In this document: positions 1 to 13,588 of the stretch, piece after piece
How positions within the stretch are numbered: the first letter of the stretch is position 1
How the letters are laid out: each line of letters begins with the position of its first letter
Assembly: GCF_006345805.1 (NCBI RefSeq)
Contig: NC_043000.1
Coordinates: 28,582,001-28,646,000, forward strand
Length of the DNA stretch: 64,000 nucleotides
From: Octopus sinensis
Lineage: Eukaryota
Reading direction: 5' to 3'
The notes under the pieces: generated by a model
Database searches by the model: none
The model's input: the letters and a program-made list of their open reading frames with translations, nothing else
What the model was told of the DNA's origin: nothing
Translations under genes and position numbers: made by a program

Positions 1-49
1 TTGGACATTTTAGAAGGGCTATCCCCTACTGTGGTTAACCGACAAGGCC

Positions 50-51
<2 letters not shown>

Positions 52-113
<62 letters not shown>
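52..113. repeat. (TAT)n microsatellite
   Basis: Pure TAT run; source of the poly-Tyr in ORF 1..336. Confidence 0.97.
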
Positions 114-114
<1 letters not shown>

Positions 115-1502
115 CTTTTTCAATCTACCGACTATCACTCAGGCAAAACAAATATGACTTCTCCTTTCCTTGGGCCCGCCCGTCACAAGGGTTACAGTAA
201 AGAAAAAATATCAAACACCAAGAAAGAAAAAAAAAGAAAACGAATAGTAAAATTTACATTAATAAACTTAACAAATGGTAGAAAGTATTATCTCTCTAAA
301 AGAAATGCACAGCATAATAGGCAACACGGTTCGTAAACACCACCACAACACCAACAATATGTCTGCCGTGAATAACAAAACGGAAGACTATTGTTTCCGA
401 GCGTGTTTTTCAAAGAGAAACTGTGTATGAAACAGTATGCTAAAAGGTCGAAAGTCTAGAGCACTTCATACATAGAATAGGGGATCAGCTGACCACATCA
501 CGGTGTGGCGTGGTGGGAAGGAAGTTCAAAAGTCACTGCAGTCTTACTTGCTCCACACAAGAAACTGTTGGAAACAGTTCTAATAGGTATTTTAAGGGAA
601 ATATCCTCCTTTACGGGACAGAGAGAAGAGAGAGAGAGAGAGAGCGGTGAGGAGAGGAGGAGGATCTTTTCGCTTTGACGGCAGATTTTTAAAATAATTT
701 CTTTGTAACTAAACACTTTTAAACTTCGTATACTGGTAGAATGTGTTTATAAAACATCTTTTTCTCTTGGCTTTCTTGAGAAAATTATATAGTTTCTAAG
801 CTATTTGTTGTTTAATTTCTTGCATTTCGGCAATTTGAACCAATCAATGACGTCTATTGAGGTGAATACAATCTCTCCTGATCTTTGTCAAAGCGAAAAG
901 ATCCGAGAAGGGAAGGGAGAGAGGGAAAATAGAGACTATTACACCATATGTTTTAAAAGTCAAACTACAGAGAATAAATGGAAGATGAAATTGTAGCGGC
1001 TATGGCACTTCATAAGCTGGTTTCGCTGTATTTGATGAGGAACAGAAGAATTACCGTTATGAATGTCGATGATACTGTGGGTCCAAAGTTAAGAGTCACG
1101 TTCGTAACACAACATGAGCAATTAATTAGTGTAGACGCATTATTTGATAAAATGTAGTTGGCTGGGATCACCATTAGGCAAAAATCCTCATAATCCCGCC
1201 AGGTCTCAAAACAATACCAGAATAATATCATGAAGTGAGTATCGGCAGAAGACTCGGCATAAAAGGTAGACTAAGCAGGTATTCTGCAGGTGATAAGAAA
1301 ATATTCAAGGGCTATAGCGGAAGAATGAGAATAACAGGAACAAAGGATGTTGTCTGCTGTAAGTGGACGCCAGACAAAACTCGTGAGTCGGTAAATAAAA
1401 TTGTCCCGTCCTCATGAATAAAGAGTCTAAAAAAAATCTTCACAGCAACAAGATGTTATTGTAAATGTCAAGAAACGTACTCAACAATATAAGCAACACC
1501 AA

Positions 1503-2120
1503 AGGCGGCGAGCTGGCAGAAACGTTCTGAGTTCAAATTCCACCGAGGTCGACTTTGCCTTTCATCCTTTCGGGGTCGATAAATTAAGTACCGGTTGCGC
1601 ACTGGGGTCGGTGTAATCGACTTAACCCCTTTGTCTGTATTGTTTGCCCCCTCTACGTTTAGCCTCTTGTGGGCAATAAAGAAATAAGAAACGTTAGCAA
1701 GCCAGGCGAAATGCTTAGCGGTATTTCGTCTGCCGTTACGTTCTGAGTTCAAATTCCTCCGATGTCGACTTTGCCATTCATACTTTCGGGGTCGATAAAT
1801 TAAGTACCAGTTGCGTACTGGGGTCCATCTAACCTTCTGGCCCCCAAAATTTCAGGCCTTGTGCCTAGAGTAGAAAAGAATATGCAGTGTTCTTTTAAGG
1901 CGGCGAGCTGGCGGAAACCGCACGCCGGGCGAAATGCTTAGCAGTAGTTCGTCCGTCTTTCGTTTTGAGTTCAAATGCCACCGAGGTCGACTTTGCCTTT
2001 CATCCTTTAAGGGTCGATAAATGAAGTACTAGTTGCGCACTGGGGTTGATCAAATCGACTGCCCCCCCCCCCCCAAAAAAAAAAAAATTGGGGGCCTTGT
2101 GCCTAGAGTAGAAAAGAATA
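1503..2120 (+). mobile_element. SINE family A cluster, three head-to-tail copies (1503-1690, 1691-1880, 1897-2120)
   Basis: Head GGCGGCGAGCTGGCAGAAACG, B-box-like GAGTTCAAATTCC, conserved body GTCGACTTTGCCTTTCATCCTTTCGGGGTCGATAAATTAAGTACCAG, two alternative tails; same sequence recurs more than 15 times in the window. Confidence 0.92.
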
Positions 2121-2279
2121 TTAGCAACAGCAACAACAGCGAATGACCTGAAAGTATTTCACACCACATAGTAGGACAATGTTCATCTACTTCCGATAAT
2201 GGGGAAGAAACAGAAAGTATTAACATACGTGCTGAAAAGAAAAAAACTTAAAAGAATCATCGGAGTAGCTCAAAAGAAA

Positions 2280-3100
2280 TGTATCAAAAATCCAAGTGGT
2301 GTCGCACATACCGTGAGGAGGAGACATTCTCTGAACAGAACTGATTCATGTCTTATAAAGGAGAATTAATAGGCTGTGAAGAAGAAATACCTAGTGCTCT
2401 CCCTGTTAGAAAGGAAATTTGTAGCCATTCGCAAGAACGATAAAGCTCTGATACTGTTATATAACAAACATGAAATTTCCAAATGAAATATGGATCGAGA
2501 AGATGGAAACTGCATAAAGAGGATAGACATTAGAAAGAGTTATATTTCAACATTGCAGATTACGTGATCTCCAACAATAGCTCAGGAACCCTTCCGTCAG
2601 AGAAGATTTTGAAATCTACAGCTTTGGATATGTAAGAAAACATATTGGACTGTAGACCAGGAACATAATGTATACTGATAAGGCAAATGGACATTTTAAA
2701 TTATATACACATATTTTATAATAATTATTGTGTTCTGGAGCACCAACGACTATTAGCATACTAAAAATCTAAGACAAGTCTTGAACAAGACATCCCATTT
2801 TCACCGTATTCATTGATTTTAAGAAGGCTTTCCTTAGTTTAGACTTATAGACCCAGCTCGGACAAATCTGTGGTTAAAGTCAAGCAACCTCATGACTGCA
2901 TATCGATATTGCTCTTCCACGAGGGTGATTGTTAGACCTTATTTCCAGTCACTCATGAAATAAAATAGGATGTGTACTATTCTTAGATGTTGTGCTTGAA
3001 AATATGACCAGAGAATTCACTAATGGATGGTGAGTTGTGGAGCTTATCTACAATAAGGCACATTAGAGATTGCTGCGATGTAGGTTTTTTTGTGAACTTC
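2280..3100 (+). mobile_element. Highly decayed RTE-like LINE reverse-transcriptase fragment
   Basis: TTCATTGATTTTAAGAAGGCTTTC (~2808) = FIDFKKAF RT motif; upstream remnants resembling EEEIP and VAIRKNDK (IVPIYKKGDK-like); many stops and frameshifts. Confidence 0.6.
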
Positions 3101-3369
3101 TTTTCCCCAACGATTCGGTGTCACTGGCTCATTCCCTGGAATATATACAGAGACTTTCTCACCATTTTGACTGTACAGCGTTATAGTTCAGCCTCTCAAT
3201 ACAAGTGAGAAATCTGAAGTGGCACCCTAAATCTGCAGTTGTAACACGAACGTCTGACCATCACGATTGCGTATCAGCTTCTAAGTATGGTAAAAATAGA
3301 AAATAATTACACTAATATTTCTGACGATAACATCCTAAACGCGCTGATAGGTCACTGCATATAGACGGT

Positions 3370-3880
3370 TGCAGTCGCCAAGAAGATCATTGGTTGATTA
3401 TGGAAACAACGTGGCATCAAACTTCAAAGGTTCCCGAGTTTCTATTTTTCACTTGTATTCTTCTGAGCCCTACACACTCAAAAGAGCTGCTCCAGCCACG
3501 ATCGTTAATGAATATTTCTTCGTGATATCACGTCCTCAACCAGGAGGTCTTGCAGCGCGCGAATAATGTCTAGTTGAGTCTATTGTGATCGAATCACAGA
3601 TGCGTTGGGGAGGACTTGTGATTCCCGTAGGCAGGAAACTAAACTCCCCAAACTGTGTTCTGCATTGTAACTGAAAGGTGGACTTTGTCAAAGGGGAAAC
3701 GTAAATCTGTGTTGTAAGGATGATGTCAATCGACATTGCAGAAGGTGGCCTAATTGTGACGTCATGGGAGAAAACAGCAGCTTGTTCGTAAACAACAGGC
3801 GGGGATAGTCCAGTGAAGTTTAACTGATGCAGAGCGAAATCGGATGAAGGAAAAGGAAGAAAAATGAGATAAGTCTACAA
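3370..3880 (+). mobile_element. RTE/BovB-like LINE ORF C-terminal fragment (pseudogenic)
   Basis: Frameshifted translation EVLQRAN..VESIVIESQMRWGGLV...SIDIAEG..WEKTAA matches the RTE C-terminal pattern EVLQRA..SIE....QLRWAGHV...WE..A. Confidence 0.7.
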
Positions 3881-4019
3881 AAAGATTCACAACAACAGGA
3901 TTATCTGTAATACCTTCAGTCTAGGTCGTGCCATTACATTTGGTCTGCAATTCCACAGAAGAACAAAGAATCATTGATGAAGTTCACACAAACACACGCA
4001 CACGGACACGGGTGTGTAT

Positions 4020-4156
4020 GTATGCATGCATGTATGTATGTATGTATTATGTATGTACAGATAGATATAGATAGATAGATATATAGATAGATAGAGAGAG
4101 AGAGAGAGAGTCAGACAGACAAACAGACAGACAGACTGATAGATAGATAGATAGAG

Positions 4157-4232
<76 letters not shown>

Positions 4233-4308
4233 TTAAGGACAGAAAAGTTGATAAACAGACAGATAGGCAGACAGATAGACAGATAGACAAACAGACAGCC
4301 AGACAGAC

Positions 4309-4396
<88 letters not shown>

Positions 4397-4469
4397 GGAC
4401 AGAAAAGTTGATAAACAGACAGATAGACAGACAGATAGACAGACAGATAGACAGACAGGCAGACAGATC

Positions 4470-4519
<50 letters not shown>

Positions 4520-4562
4520 GACAGAGAGACAGACAGGCAGACAGGCAGACAGACAGATAGAT
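4020..4562. repeat. Compound (ATGT)/(AGAT)n/(AGAC)n tetranucleotide microsatellite
   Basis: Direct inspection; produces the SIYL/SVCL ORFs. Confidence 0.95.
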
Positions 4563-5245
4563 AACAATCTACTGCCAAGTCATACTCCATCACAAATAAT
4601 ATATAAAGCCTCGGAGCTTTATATATTATTTTTATTACTATTATTATTATTACTATTATTATTACTATTATTCCTACTGCCGTTGCAGTCGCTGTTGCTT
4701 TTGCTGCTGCCCTTGCTGCAGTTGCTGCAGTTGCTGCAATCTTTAAAACGGTCAGTTTGATAGTAGCCAATGCCTTACGTTTTTAATAGCATTTTCTGGT
4801 ATTACTGTCGTTATCAATGCTGTTGAGGTCGCCGGTTATTTCCACGACGCATTTCTTATTAAAAAACCTTGTTGTTTTCTAATTGCTGCCTGCAGCTGTG
4901 TTTGATATTCTGGCTGTTCGTATTACTTACCGAGGTTGCAACTGCCGTTATTGCTGTAGTAGTTGCACTCTTTTTAATTGTTATTGCTCTCATTTTGACT
5001 GCTACATGTATCAGATGCTCTGACTTGTTGTTGTTGTGTTGTTGTTGTTGTTGTTGCCGATGTTATTGTTGTTGTTGATCTACTTCTGATAATGTTTGGA
5101 GTAGACAATCTTAATAGCATCGATCAAACCCCTTAAGATACGGGAACTTTGATAGTATGCCTTCATTTAATGACCGGATATTCATGTTTGTTTACACGGC
5201 AATCGTTCATATCAGCTCAGCTACTGCAACGCATGGAAAGCCCTA

Positions 5246-5481
5246 TACATACATACATACATACATACATACATACATACATACATACATACATACATAC
5301 ATACATACATACATACAGAGACACATACATATATTGATAAAAGCTCACACACACATTAACGCTTGCACACTCATACACACACGCGTATGGATACATACAT
5401 ATATATGTGTGTGTATGCTGTAACTATACATCTCTATATTCAGAGTGCATATTATGTGCGTGCCTGTGTTTGTGGATATAT

Positions 5482-5523
<42 letters not shown>

Positions 5524-5565
5524 TATATGTACATATAAATATTATATATATATATGTACATATAA

Positions 5566-5609
<44 letters not shown>

Positions 5610-5759
5610 ATATATATATATATATATATATGTACATATAAATATCTCTGTATATGTACAAACTATGTACAAAGTACAAATATGTAGATATGTGTGTGTG
5701 TATGTATTTATATCTTTATAATAATTTTAATGAAGATATATATATATAGGCATATATAC

Positions 5760-5802
<43 letters not shown>

Positions 5803-5830
5803 CATATGTATATATATATATATATACATA
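5246..5830. repeat. (ATAC)n and (TA)n microsatellite region
   Basis: Direct inspection. Confidence 0.9.
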
Positions 5831-5962
5831 TATACACAGGGAAATGTGTCGATATATATAGCATTTTTTTAAATATTAGAAATGAATGTTTTTCGAGATG
5901 AAGTGACATTTTGTACGTGTATGGACATGTGGATATTTAATATATACATACATGCATAATTT

Positions 5963-6017
<55 letters not shown>

Positions 6018-6029
6018 TCACACACACAC

Positions 6030-6262
6030 AGGAGCTGTACGTCGGTTGACGACGACGAGGGTCCCACCTGATACGATCAGCAGAATAGCTTCCTCGTGAA
6101 ATTAACATGCAAGTGGCTGAGCAATCCACAGACACGTGTAACCCTAACATAGTTCTGAGGGAGATTCAGCGTGACACAGAGTGTGACAAAGCTGGCCCTA
6201 TGAAATACAGGTACAATTCATTTTTGCCAGCTGAGTGGTCTGGAGCAGCATGAAATAAACAC
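6030..6262 (-). mobile_element. SINE family C (3' body)
   Basis: Reverse complement of ...GTCACGCTGAATCTCCC...GTGTCTGTGGAGTGCTCAGCCACTTGCACGTTAATTTCACGAG...GTCGTCGTAACCGACG. Confidence 0.85.
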
Positions 6263-6311
6263 ACACACAACACACATATATATATATACATATGAATGTA
6301 TGTGTATATAT

Positions 6312-6632
6312 ATGGAGACGCAATGACCCAATGGTTAGTGCAGCGGACACGCAGTCATGAGATCGCGGTGAGTGATTGATTATTGAGCCAAAACACCTAA
6401 AGCTGCACGAGGCTCTTGTTGTACTCTTTCGTCACAACTTTCTCTCATTCTTTCTTCCTGTTTCTGTTGTACCTGTATTTCAAAGGATCAGCCTTGTCAT
6501 ACACTGTGTCACGCTGAATCTCCCTGTACACGTGTCTGTGGAGTGCTCAGCCACTTGCACGTTAATTTCTCGAGCAAACTGTTCCGTTGATCGGATCAAC
6601 TGGAACCTTCGTCGTCGTAACCAACAGAGTGA
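6312..6632 (+). mobile_element. Chimeric SINE (family D head + family C tail), internally deleted
   Basis: 5' part aligns to 63612-63800, 3' part aligns to 56560-56737. Confidence 0.8.
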
Positions 6633-6699
6633 CACGATATATATATATATATATATATATATTCATTCTGAAGAAGATTCATTCTGTAAATCATAAAGA

Positions 6700-7260
6700 G
6701 CACTTCGTTGCACCCTAATTCATATATTTCAGAACCCTGAGAAGAGGCCAATACATGTTGGAGGGAGATAAGATGCTCTAGGAAATTGTTACATAGATGA
6801 CCTGCAGAAATTTTCTGAACAACAGCTATAGGTATCACCTCGGAGGGCAGATTAAGAAAATGTATGATCAAAGGCGAAAAGCTATTGCTAGTACATATAT
6901 TTTGCATTAAGTTCGGAAATATAATTGGATCTGAAGATAAGGTTCACCTTTCCAGAATAGGTGAGTGCAACATCTCTCCTACTAGGCATGGTTCTTCTAG
7001 CCAGGACGATGATCGTAACTGAACTGACAGTGCCCTTGATAGAACCAACTTGACGTCTTTCACTAAATGAATGAACCCAGATACAAGGTTGATGAGGCTC
7101 TTGTGAACGGATGACGGGAAATGTTATTTCTCATGGAAGCTGGCTGTCACAATTTCCAGGACGATCAGTGCATTATTTCTTAAAGAAGATGGGTTTGAAA
7201 ACTGAAAGACCAGAAAACTACTAGGAATGTAGCCATGACAGTTAAGACCAGCTGGAGGTA
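6700..7260 (+). mobile_element. Decayed restriction-like-endonuclease LINE 3' end, HERO-like
   Basis: Translation FPE*VSATSLLLGMVL...TELTVPLIE then EAGCHNFPGRSVHYFLKKMGL, matching the pattern FPE.IA.TSLRPD.V....ELTVPWEE...EVGCRGF.G.S...L..LG. Confidence 0.6.
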
Positions 7261-8597
7261 TTTACAGTTGACAAGGGGCCACAATTGGAACGTTTTTATA
7301 GGTAAAGGTTAATTCAGTCCTCGTTCATTTGCACAATCATACCGCCTAAGGGACAAAACACTTGTCGACCACCGTCTCGTTACTGTTATACTGCTGTGTG
7401 TGTTTCGCTTTTGCTTTTTCAGTTCACAATTACTTGAGCTGGCCACTGAATAAAAGCCTTCTTACCATGATCATAGCGTTTTTAGTGTACCCAGAAGAAC
7501 ATTATGCAAAGTGTACTGTTTTTAAGACGTTAGGATGTTGACGGACAGAGGATTTGATTGCTTTTTCTATCAGGTCGAACTCCTTGTTTTGGTCCATATT
7601 CCTTTATACACTTTGGTAAAAGGATTAATGTTACAGTGTTCCAGTCTTCAGTACCATTTCCAACAGTTAATTATATTTCCTCGATGATGTCGCAAACGGT
7701 ATAAGAGACACAGTTTCTCGTTTCACTTCACCTAAATCTCTGAGTATGTAATATATATTCTTTTACTCCATGTTTCTTTAGTTATAAGAGAAACTTTTTC
7801 GTCAGTTCTCTCCAAATTCACTTATCACAATAACTGAGAACTTTCCCAAGAGTCAACAGGTCAGAGTAAGTGAGATTTTCATGGACTGCTGGACTCTCAA
7901 TTGTAATTTCGAATCTTAGATTCTGAGTAACTTTCACATTTAAGAGATCATAAATCGCATCAGTAATTTTCGCAAGAAAATCACGTTTTTATTCCCATGT
8001 CTGATATCCGTATAGCTTCCGTACCAACAAGCTAAAATAAACACGAATCTCTTAAAAATCAATCAGGCAATATATTAGAAACAGTATTTAAAAGAGAATC
8101 AATATATGAGAAGAAAAAAAAATCAATGTTTTTCTAAAATCTTAAAAGCTTGCTTATTTTAAAAAGAAAATACACTAAAAATGTATGGTTATTCAAACAT
8201 TCGGTTATCTTGCAACCGTTATTTACTTAGGCGTTTTCCACTTTAACTGTTAAAATTAAGATTTTCTTCGCTAATTTACTTTTCTCCTGTGGTTGATAAT
8301 GCGGAGAAGAAAAGTTCGAAAGACAATAAACAAACAAAAACAACATGTCCGTCGAAATCGTTGTAAAGGATAAGTTTTTAATCAAACTTGACATTAGTAA
8401 AATCAGTGAAATGAATATTAAGTATAAATCCTAAGAGAAAATCACATTTTTATGAAGCAGTTTTTGCTGAAAAAAAGTTTGGAAATGAAAATAAAACTAA
8501 AAAGTAGAAAAACATGATTGAAACAAGGAAAAGGAATTTTTTAAAAAAATATAATGGAGGTTTCAGTGATAAGATTTGTTTCAAGGTAATAAATGTA

Positions 8598-8672
8598 TTA
8601 TAACCGAAAGAAGAATGGGGAATTATAACCGAAAGAAGAATGGGGGAATAGAACCGAAAGAAGAATGGGGAA
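8598..8672. repeat. Minisatellite, three copies of ~25-bp TTATAACCGAAAGAAGAATGGGGAA
   Basis: Direct tandem copies, followed by degenerate continuation. Confidence 0.9.
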
Positions 8673-9181
8673 AGAAATATAATTGAAAGGAAAATGGTGA
8701 AAGAAATATATTGTTTTAAATGAAAATATTTTATAAAAAAATCAATATTTTTAATAACAAATTTCTAATTGATTCGTTATTGCAAACTTGTAATAGGACA
8801 AATATGTCAAGCAAAACAGAATGAATATTTCTATCAAAACCCTTCAATGTTCAATGATCATGTTCTTTCATTAAGTTTATTAATTTCAATCCATTTTAGG
8901 CGAATCTTGCACTGATGATACACCTGTGGATTTCTCCTACCACAAGAACAATTCTCTTTTCTTGATAAATATTGATGTTATAAAATTAAATACTCAATCG
9001 AAGGGAAAGAAAATGAGATTTTATGTCGTTTGATGGTTACTAGAATTTTACTCCGTTTTATACATTATTTCTTATTTCAAACAAGTTCAAGATTCCCATT
9101 CATATTCTTAAATTCCAGGAATTGCATAACTGTCGTTCGTATTAATATTCTTTACTCAATATATACAACATTGACCACTGA

Positions 9182-9422
9182 CGAAATACCTATTCCTTTA
9201 CTACCCACAAGGGGCTAAACACAGAGAGGACAAACAAGGACAGACAAACGGATTAAGTCGATTATATTTACCCCAGTGCGTAAATGGTACTTAATTTATC
9301 GACCCCGAAAGGATGAAAGGCAAAGTCGACCTCGGCGGAATTTGAACTCAGAACGTAACGGCAGACGAAATACGGCTAAGCATTTCGCCCGGCGTGCTAA
9401 CGATTCGGCCAGATCACCGCTT
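9182..9422 (-). mobile_element. SINE family A
   Basis: Full-length reverse-complement match to family A. Confidence 0.92.
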
Positions 9423-9883
9423 ACCAACAGCAAATATTAATATATTAATAGCTGCATGATAATTTCTAAAACTTCACTCTCTATATTTACTGTTCAGTTA
9501 GAAAGCATTTATTCATATCTTTGCACGAATCTACCAAACTTTAGATGCATTTCTTTGTCTCCTTCCACTTTTGTTTTTTCATTCTTTACATGTGTACATG
9601 TTTTTCCAGCCGCTGCTTCTCTACTTTTCTTCTTCATTTTTCTCTCTACATTTTTCTCAGATTTGTTTTAAAGCAGGTCTTGTGAGTAAATATGGATGGA
9701 TGAATAATTCGTGGAGGATTGTCGGAATTCTACACTTGCTATTTGTGTGGTAAACTTAAACTGCACACTGTTTAAAAGCACAACCTACCCTGTAAAGTAA
9801 CTTTGCTGAAATCCACTGAATAGCAGCATAAAGATCTGGGTCTTCAGTTTAGGAGTAACATATGAATCTCCTTACTCCTTTCT

Positions 9884-10266
9884 CTCCTTTACTTGTGTCA
9901 GTCATTTGACTGTGACCATGCTGGAGCACCGTCTTTAGTCGAAGTCGAGCAAATCAACCCCAGAACTTATTCTTTGTAAGCCTAGTACGTATTCTATCGG
10001 TCTCTTTTGCCGAACCGATAAGTTACGGGGACGTAAACACATCAGCATCGGTGTCAAGTGATGTTGGGGAGATATACAGACACACAAACATATACGCACA
10101 CATGCATATATATATATACATATATGCGACGGGATTCTTTCGGTTTCCGTCTACCAAATCCACTCAGAAGGCTTTTGTTGGCCGAAGGCTATAGTAGAAG
10201 ATACTTGCCCAAGGTGCCACGCAGTGGGACTGAACACGGGACTATGTGGTTGGTAAGCAAGCTACT
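9884..10266 (-). mobile_element. SINE family B (CORE-like, internal microsatellite)
   Basis: Revcomp of GGTTCAGTCCCACTGCGTGGCACCTTGGGCAAGT...GGTAGACGGAAAC...(TA/TG)n...GCTCCAGCATGGCC(A/G)CAGTCAAATGACTGAAACAAGTAAAAGA. Confidence 0.9.
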
Positions 10267-11299
10267 TTTTTAATTTTTGCTTCCTTTTCCTCGCCACAAG
10301 CCCCACCAATGCCAAACAACAATGTTATCATCTCGCTTCTTGTCAAACCTGCAAATTTTTCACTATTTGTTGAGGTTTCTAGCTTTAAGTTTCATGATAG
10401 ATCGACCAGAATGTTTTCTATTCAATACCTAAATGCCTAAATCATATATCAAATACTGTTATATCAGTTTTGTTTTTAATACACCGTTTTCTGCAGATAT
10501 TTTTTTACCTTAACAACGAGATTAACCATTCCAAACAGATTTTTTCGTTCATTTTGTTCATATTTCGATTTGTTCGAAACAGGGACCAATCAAAAATTGG
10601 GTTTTGCTTACTAAATTGTACCGTGCAAACGATTGCTGTCTCATTTGCTGAAGCTGATCGACAAAGCAAGTTGGGTGTTAAGTCCTGCCCTACTGTTAAA
10701 CAAAATATTTTCACGTGTTTGTTAGATCTGACTTTTTAGTGCAGTTTAACTTTTTTCCCTTTTTATTGTGTGGAATAATGCCATAATTCTGAAGCATTGT
10801 GGTATTATTGTTCGAGTTAGATTAGTTGGAATGTTATGTGTTCGCGTGTAGGTGTACGCGTGTGTACGTGTATGTGCGTTTCAGTGTATTAACATAATCA
10901 CAAACTACGCTGTAATAAAGTTTCTTTTGCTCATTCCTATAAATGTTCTGTACATATTTCCCGATTTTTTATTGATAGCAAGCTGCTTTACTTTATATTA
11001 AAGTTATGTCGCTAACAATCATGTTTGAGGTTGATTCCATCCGGCCTTATATCTATTTAGTATTTCACATCTTAGATATAAACTGACAGCTGGTTACGTT
11101 TGTTTTCTTTCACTATCTTTTTTTATCAAACTAAATATATCTTAGATTTCGTATGACATTGATCTTGCAAGCTTTCACTTGCCACAACCAACCGCTTGCA
11201 TATGGACGGAAAGAATAACTCAACGCATTTACTCAGCTTAAAAGAAGGTGTCGTCAAATAGCCGTCAAATGAAACACTCTTATCACAAAAAGACTAAAG

Positions 11300-11580
11300 A
11301 CACTGTCTGAAATCCTGTGAGCGACATGCGAGATTTTATGCCTGCTCTTTTATGTTTGCTGGACATTGTTGTAGAGCTGAAAACGATGTAATTTCTACTC
11401 TTCTCCTCTGGAAGCCATCTGCTCGCGATACCAGAGGGCGCACACTCTCCTAACCTGATGTAATCTCCTAGGATACAGGCATCAAGCAACAGGACCTCCG
11501 TAATGCTATGATAGACCGTGAAGTCTGGAGTAACATAGTAAATTCCATTGTCTCGACCACGATCAAACAATGATGATGAT
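11300..11580 (+). mobile_element. 5'-truncated RTE/RTEX-like LINE 3' end with (ATG)n tail
   Basis: FAGHCCRAENDVISTLLLWKPSARDTRGRTLS*PDVIS*DTG...DLRNAMIDREVWSNIV followed by TGATGATGATGAT. Confidence 0.75.
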
Positions 11581-11908
11581 GATTTCAAGTTGGTTACCAT
11601 CGCAACAATGACCACCAACATTTTGCTTCTTCTGTAAGATTTTGTTTCTGCTATTTCTCTGAAACAGTTATCCGAATATTACATAAGACCTCTTTGTCAA
11701 TTTCTAATTCTCCTCTAACTGAGTTGATCTAGACAAGGCGTGTCGGGTGCAACACTGGGAAAATGCATAGACAGTCGTTAACAATGATTTGTAAATGTTT
11801 GATTGATCAATGCAGTATATGTTTAGACATTGACAAATAGCATATGGACAAATATATTCATACACAATTCCTTCGTTTAAGTAAATACTTGCTTCCCAGA
11901 ATAATAAA

Positions 11909-12271
11909 TCTCTCTATATATAAAGCTGAAGTTGTCTGTGTATGACAGGTTTGGTAGCCTTCAACTAACACTATTATCCTCCGAGACCCTGCGGCGCAAG
12001 TTGACCAAAATTGAAACTCTGATAGAAGAAGGCTTGCTCTTCCTTCCTTAGTAGAAAAAATTATTTACATGAAAAAGGTGCTTTTTTCTATGAAAATCCC
12101 TATTTTTTACGATTTTTTGACTGCTGTGTCGCCATTTTTCGGTGTATCGCAACGAGAAAAATGTTCATTTAAAGAGAATAACAAGCTACATAATGCAAAA
12201 TTTTTACTTTTCAAAAATTCCAATTCTAAAGGGTCGAAACAAACCCGAGCAACGCCAGGCGATACTGCTAG
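11909..12271 (+). mobile_element. Non-autonomous Helitron
   Basis: 5' TCTCTCTATATATAAAG, 3' GC-rich CCCGAGCAACGCCAGGC (imperfect hairpin) followed by CTAG; inserted between A (11908) and T (12272), no TSD. Confidence 0.8.
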
Positions 12272-12404
12272 TGATACATAAAATGAATACTGTTCTGACA
12301 GAAGTAAAGGATGCATGGTTGTGTACTTAAGAAGCTAAATTTTTACGTACGCTGTTTGGGTTCGAATTTACAGCGTGGTACCTTAGATCAGTGTCTTCCT
12401 CTAT

Positions 12405-12600
12405 ATATATACGACAGGCTTCTTTCAGTTTCCGTCTACCAAATCCACTCACAAATTTTGGTCGGCCCGAGGCTATAGAAGAAAACACTTGCCCAAGGTG
12501 CCACGCAGTGGGACTGAACCCAGAACCATGTGATTCGTAAGCAGGCTACTTACAACACAGCTAGTCGTGGAACTCAGCACAGCTGTACACCCTTTGCCTT
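12405..12600 (-). mobile_element. SINE family B, 5' half
   Basis: Match to family B head/CORE-like part. Confidence 0.85.
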
Positions 12601-13279
12601 TGTTCATATTTCTTCTTCCATTGTGATTTATTCGAACTTCAGAGTATGTGAGGAAACACTCAGTTTTGATCACCTTTCCTAGAAGCATCGTCGTATATCA
12701 CTCAACTGTCCTTTAATAACACTTTCTCCCTCTTTCAATCTATATTAGTTTTTTCTAACCATCAATTAAACTATATTTCTCTCCATTCGTCAAACTATTC
12801 ATTTACCATGTATTCCTGCCTCTGTATAATATTACTATACATCTATCAATCGATCTCTTTCACTGCGAATATCATTTGAATCATATAAGCTTCCTCTTTT
12901 CTCTCTCCCCCTCCCTCTCTCTTTCTCTCTCGTTGTTTTTCTCCTCCTTTACTTGTTTCTTTATATCTATTACCTCCTCCGCCTTTCTGATACATAATTC
13001 TCTTGCTTGCCTCTTTCCGTTCCTTGCTGCTTCGTTTTCGCTAATGCTTTCCTGTCTTCTGCAGAAGTAAACCCCAATTATTTGAACACAACAGTCACAC
13101 CCATCTGCCTTTCTCATTTTATCTCTCTTGTCATTCTTTTTTTTTCTGTCTATGGGTCTGCTAATCTCACTTTCTCTCTGTACATATATATATATATATA
13201 TATATATGTTCATATATACAATTATAAATAAGGGCAAAAGAAAAAAAAAATATTTGCCAATATTCTTTTCTTTTATGCT

Positions 13280-13489
13280 TTTACATGTTTCAGTCATTTG
13301 ACTGCGGCGATGCTGGAGCATCGCCTTTAGTTGAGCACATCGAAGCCAGGACTTATTCTTTATAATCCTAGTACTTATTCTATCGGTCTCTTTTGCCGAA
13401 CCGCTGGTTTACGGGGACGTAGACACACGGTTGTCAAGCGAAGATGGAGGGACAAACACGGACACACAAACATATACACGCACATACAT

Positions 13490-13520
<31 letters not shown>
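13280..13520 (-). mobile_element. SINE family B, 3' half
   Basis: Match to family B tail; runs into (ATAC)/(TA)/(AGAT). Confidence 0.85.

Positions 13521-13588
<68 letters not shown>

Noticed and set aside
1-336. ORF 111 aa with poly-Tyr
   Set aside because: Open only because of (TAT)n; no domain.
1290-1358. Possible 69-nt exon (CAG|...|GTAAGT; DKKIFKGYSGRMRITGTKDVVC)
   Set aside because: Weak polypyrimidine tract, unrecognised peptide, no partner exon.
3971-4770. Long ORFs of 198 and 219 aa
   Set aside because: Translations of (ATCT)/(GTCT) and (GCT)/(ATT) repeats.
10470-10739. Overlapping 89-aa and 69-aa ORFs in non-repetitive sequence
   Set aside because: No recognisable domain or convincing splice sites; length compatible with chance.
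11283-11621. 112-aa minus-strand ORF
   Set aside because: Antisense to an RTE/RTEX-like 3' end.
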